Notes under the pieces: generated by a model | Seen by the model: only the letters and a program-made list of their open reading frames with translations | Database searches by the model: none | What the model was told of the DNA's origin: nothing | Translations under genes and position numbers: made by a program | Part shown: piece by piece, positions 30,711 through 32,329 of the stretch | Layout of the letters: each line of letters starts with the position of its first letter | Position numbering within the stretch: position 1 is the first letter of the stretch | Source: Octopus bimaculoides | Taxonomy: Eukaryota | Direction: 5' to 3' | Length of the DNA stretch: 32,329 bases | NCBI RefSeq assembly: GCF_001194135.2 | Contig: NC_069006.1 | Span: 23,492,599-23,524,927, forward strand

Positions 30711-32077
30711 GTATTGTAGCTGAAACACCTTCCTTTCTCATCCGATGACCTTCTACCTCTGCCAATCCTTATTTCTAGGCCTGCTTGCTCTCCTGTCACC
30801 CAAGCCCTTGCTTTTATGCCCTCTCCCACCACCACCACCACCACACATACACTTCACCTTCCCTTCCCCCTAGAACTCTTCCCCTTTCCTTTTAGCCTTG
30901 CTTTAAAGCTCTCTCTCTCCAATTCTGCTCTTCCCCTCTTCCCTCCTTTATTGTTCACCTCCTACCCCAGCTTCTGACCTACTCATACCATGTCTTATTC
31001 TCTCAAACTCCTCCCCTCGTCTCCACCTTACAAGGTACCATGCAGTGGTACCTTGTAAGCCGGAAACATGAGTTCACCAACCTAACCACTAAGCGACATG
31101 ACTCCACTGCTCCTCAATGCAGTAACTGTACTAATTAGACAAGTCATTTACACAGCATTATTCATTATCACTGGAGCATTGAGAGTAAATTTTTTTTTAA
31201 GCACAGTCCAATTAACACACGGAAAGATCGTTAACTACTGTTAAAAAATGTTTTGAAAACAAATGACTCAGGGATATTTTATGTACAAACAAATCTCTCT
31301 CCCCCTCCATTGCCAGAAAACATGAAGAGATAGAGGAGGAGGGCTCTAAGATACTGGACTGGAGAAGTAACCTCAGCATTGATTTAACCTCAAAAGTCTA
31401 TCCTGTACTTTTAGGTTCAATCCCACAGCTCAGCACTTTGTGTAAGTGGAACGTAAATATTCACAGATTCACATGTACGCTCACACACACACACACATTA
31501 TACCTTTTATCTTTTCCTCATTTCCATCATTAGACCTCGACCATGCTAGGGCACCGCCTTGAAGAATTTTAGTCCAGTGAACCGATGCCCAGTACTTATT
31601 CTATCAGTCACTTTTGCTGAACCAATAGGTTACAGGGATGTAAACACACCAACAACAGTTGTCATCAAGCAGAGGAGTGCACCCAACACCACTGTCTGTT
31701 TTGGCATGGTTTTTATGGCTGGAGGCCCTTCCTACACCAACCCCTTTACAGAGTGTCCTGGGTGCTTTTTATGTGGCGCCAGCACTGGCAAGGTCTGTTT
31801 TGGCTAGGTTTTCCTGGTTTGTTGCCCTTCCTAACACCAACAACTTTACAGAGTGGACTAGAGGCCTTTCATGTGGCACCAGCATGTATATATATATATT
31901 TTTTTTTTATCAGTCATCAATAGACAAAACTATAACATTTCTTTTTCCTGTGTAAAATAGCATCACCTGGTTGCAAGTGCTTCCTGAACAGCTTTTATTT
32001 CAGCAAATCACCACATCTGACAAGGGACCAGGAGATGTGGCTAAAATAAAATAAAACTTCATGAATTTTTATTTCAG

Positions 32078-32160
32078 ACTTATCCACCAGTCAGCCTCAC
32101 AGACAATCATGTCTCTCTACTGGGTGGCCATCTATGGTGACAAAGAGATGATTGGCAAAG
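32078..32160 (+). CDS. MRPL44: mL44 coding exon 9 (dsRBD-like region; gene continues beyond window)
   Basis: ttttatttcag|A; (R)LIHQSASQTIMSLYWVAIYGDKEMIGK(G); donor G|gtaagc. Matches [29 protein letters not shown]. No stop codon reached. Confidence 0.95.
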
Positions 32161-32329
32161 GTAAGCAACTCATTGACCTATCTGATTGTTTCTCTGTCTG
32201 TCATATCATCATCATCATCATCATCATCATATCGCCCACTTTTCCATACTTGCATAAAAATAAAGTCACCTTATGCTGACTCATAAGGACCGGTTTCATG
32301 GCATATAAATTCCCCACTTTGACTGCAGG

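Overview
Eukaryotic, AT-rich, repeat-dense genomic DNA with four assembly gaps. The repeat content resembles octopus/coleoid cephalopod DNA (inference, not verified). Two spliced nuclear genes for mitochondrial large-subunit ribosomal proteins can be reconstructed by hand. They lie head-to-head with only 250 bp between their ATGs. MRPL57 (mL63/MRP63; minus strand, 3 coding exons, 107 aa, complete) reads MRLTLVCCFFKKLEHIPGHLTKGKVRLYPYITERMKKKALEDLLRERNNLAILSKSFLSQEEEINHMSEHKAQKNTEFLRHRRQKTWYKHVVAEDCLKSLNVSKKWE*. MRPL44 (mL44, RNase III-like fold; plus strand) has 9 coding exons in the window encoding 293 codons, and its 3' end lies beyond the window. All introns are GT-AG with consistent phases. 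The rest is mobile-element debris: several tRNA-derived SINE families (one forming tandem arrays inside (ATT)n), 3' ends of RTE LINEs, R4/Dong-like endonuclease relics, Penelope-like relics with degenerate hammerhead-ribozyme-like motifs, Tc1/mariner-, piggyBac- and hAT-like MITEs, long foldback hairpins, minisatellites and microsatellites. Almost all ORFs in the supplied track are artefacts of microsatellites, repeats or N-gaps. No third host gene could be supported in 1-12800. Family names come from remembered motifs, not database searches, and repeat boundaries are approximate.
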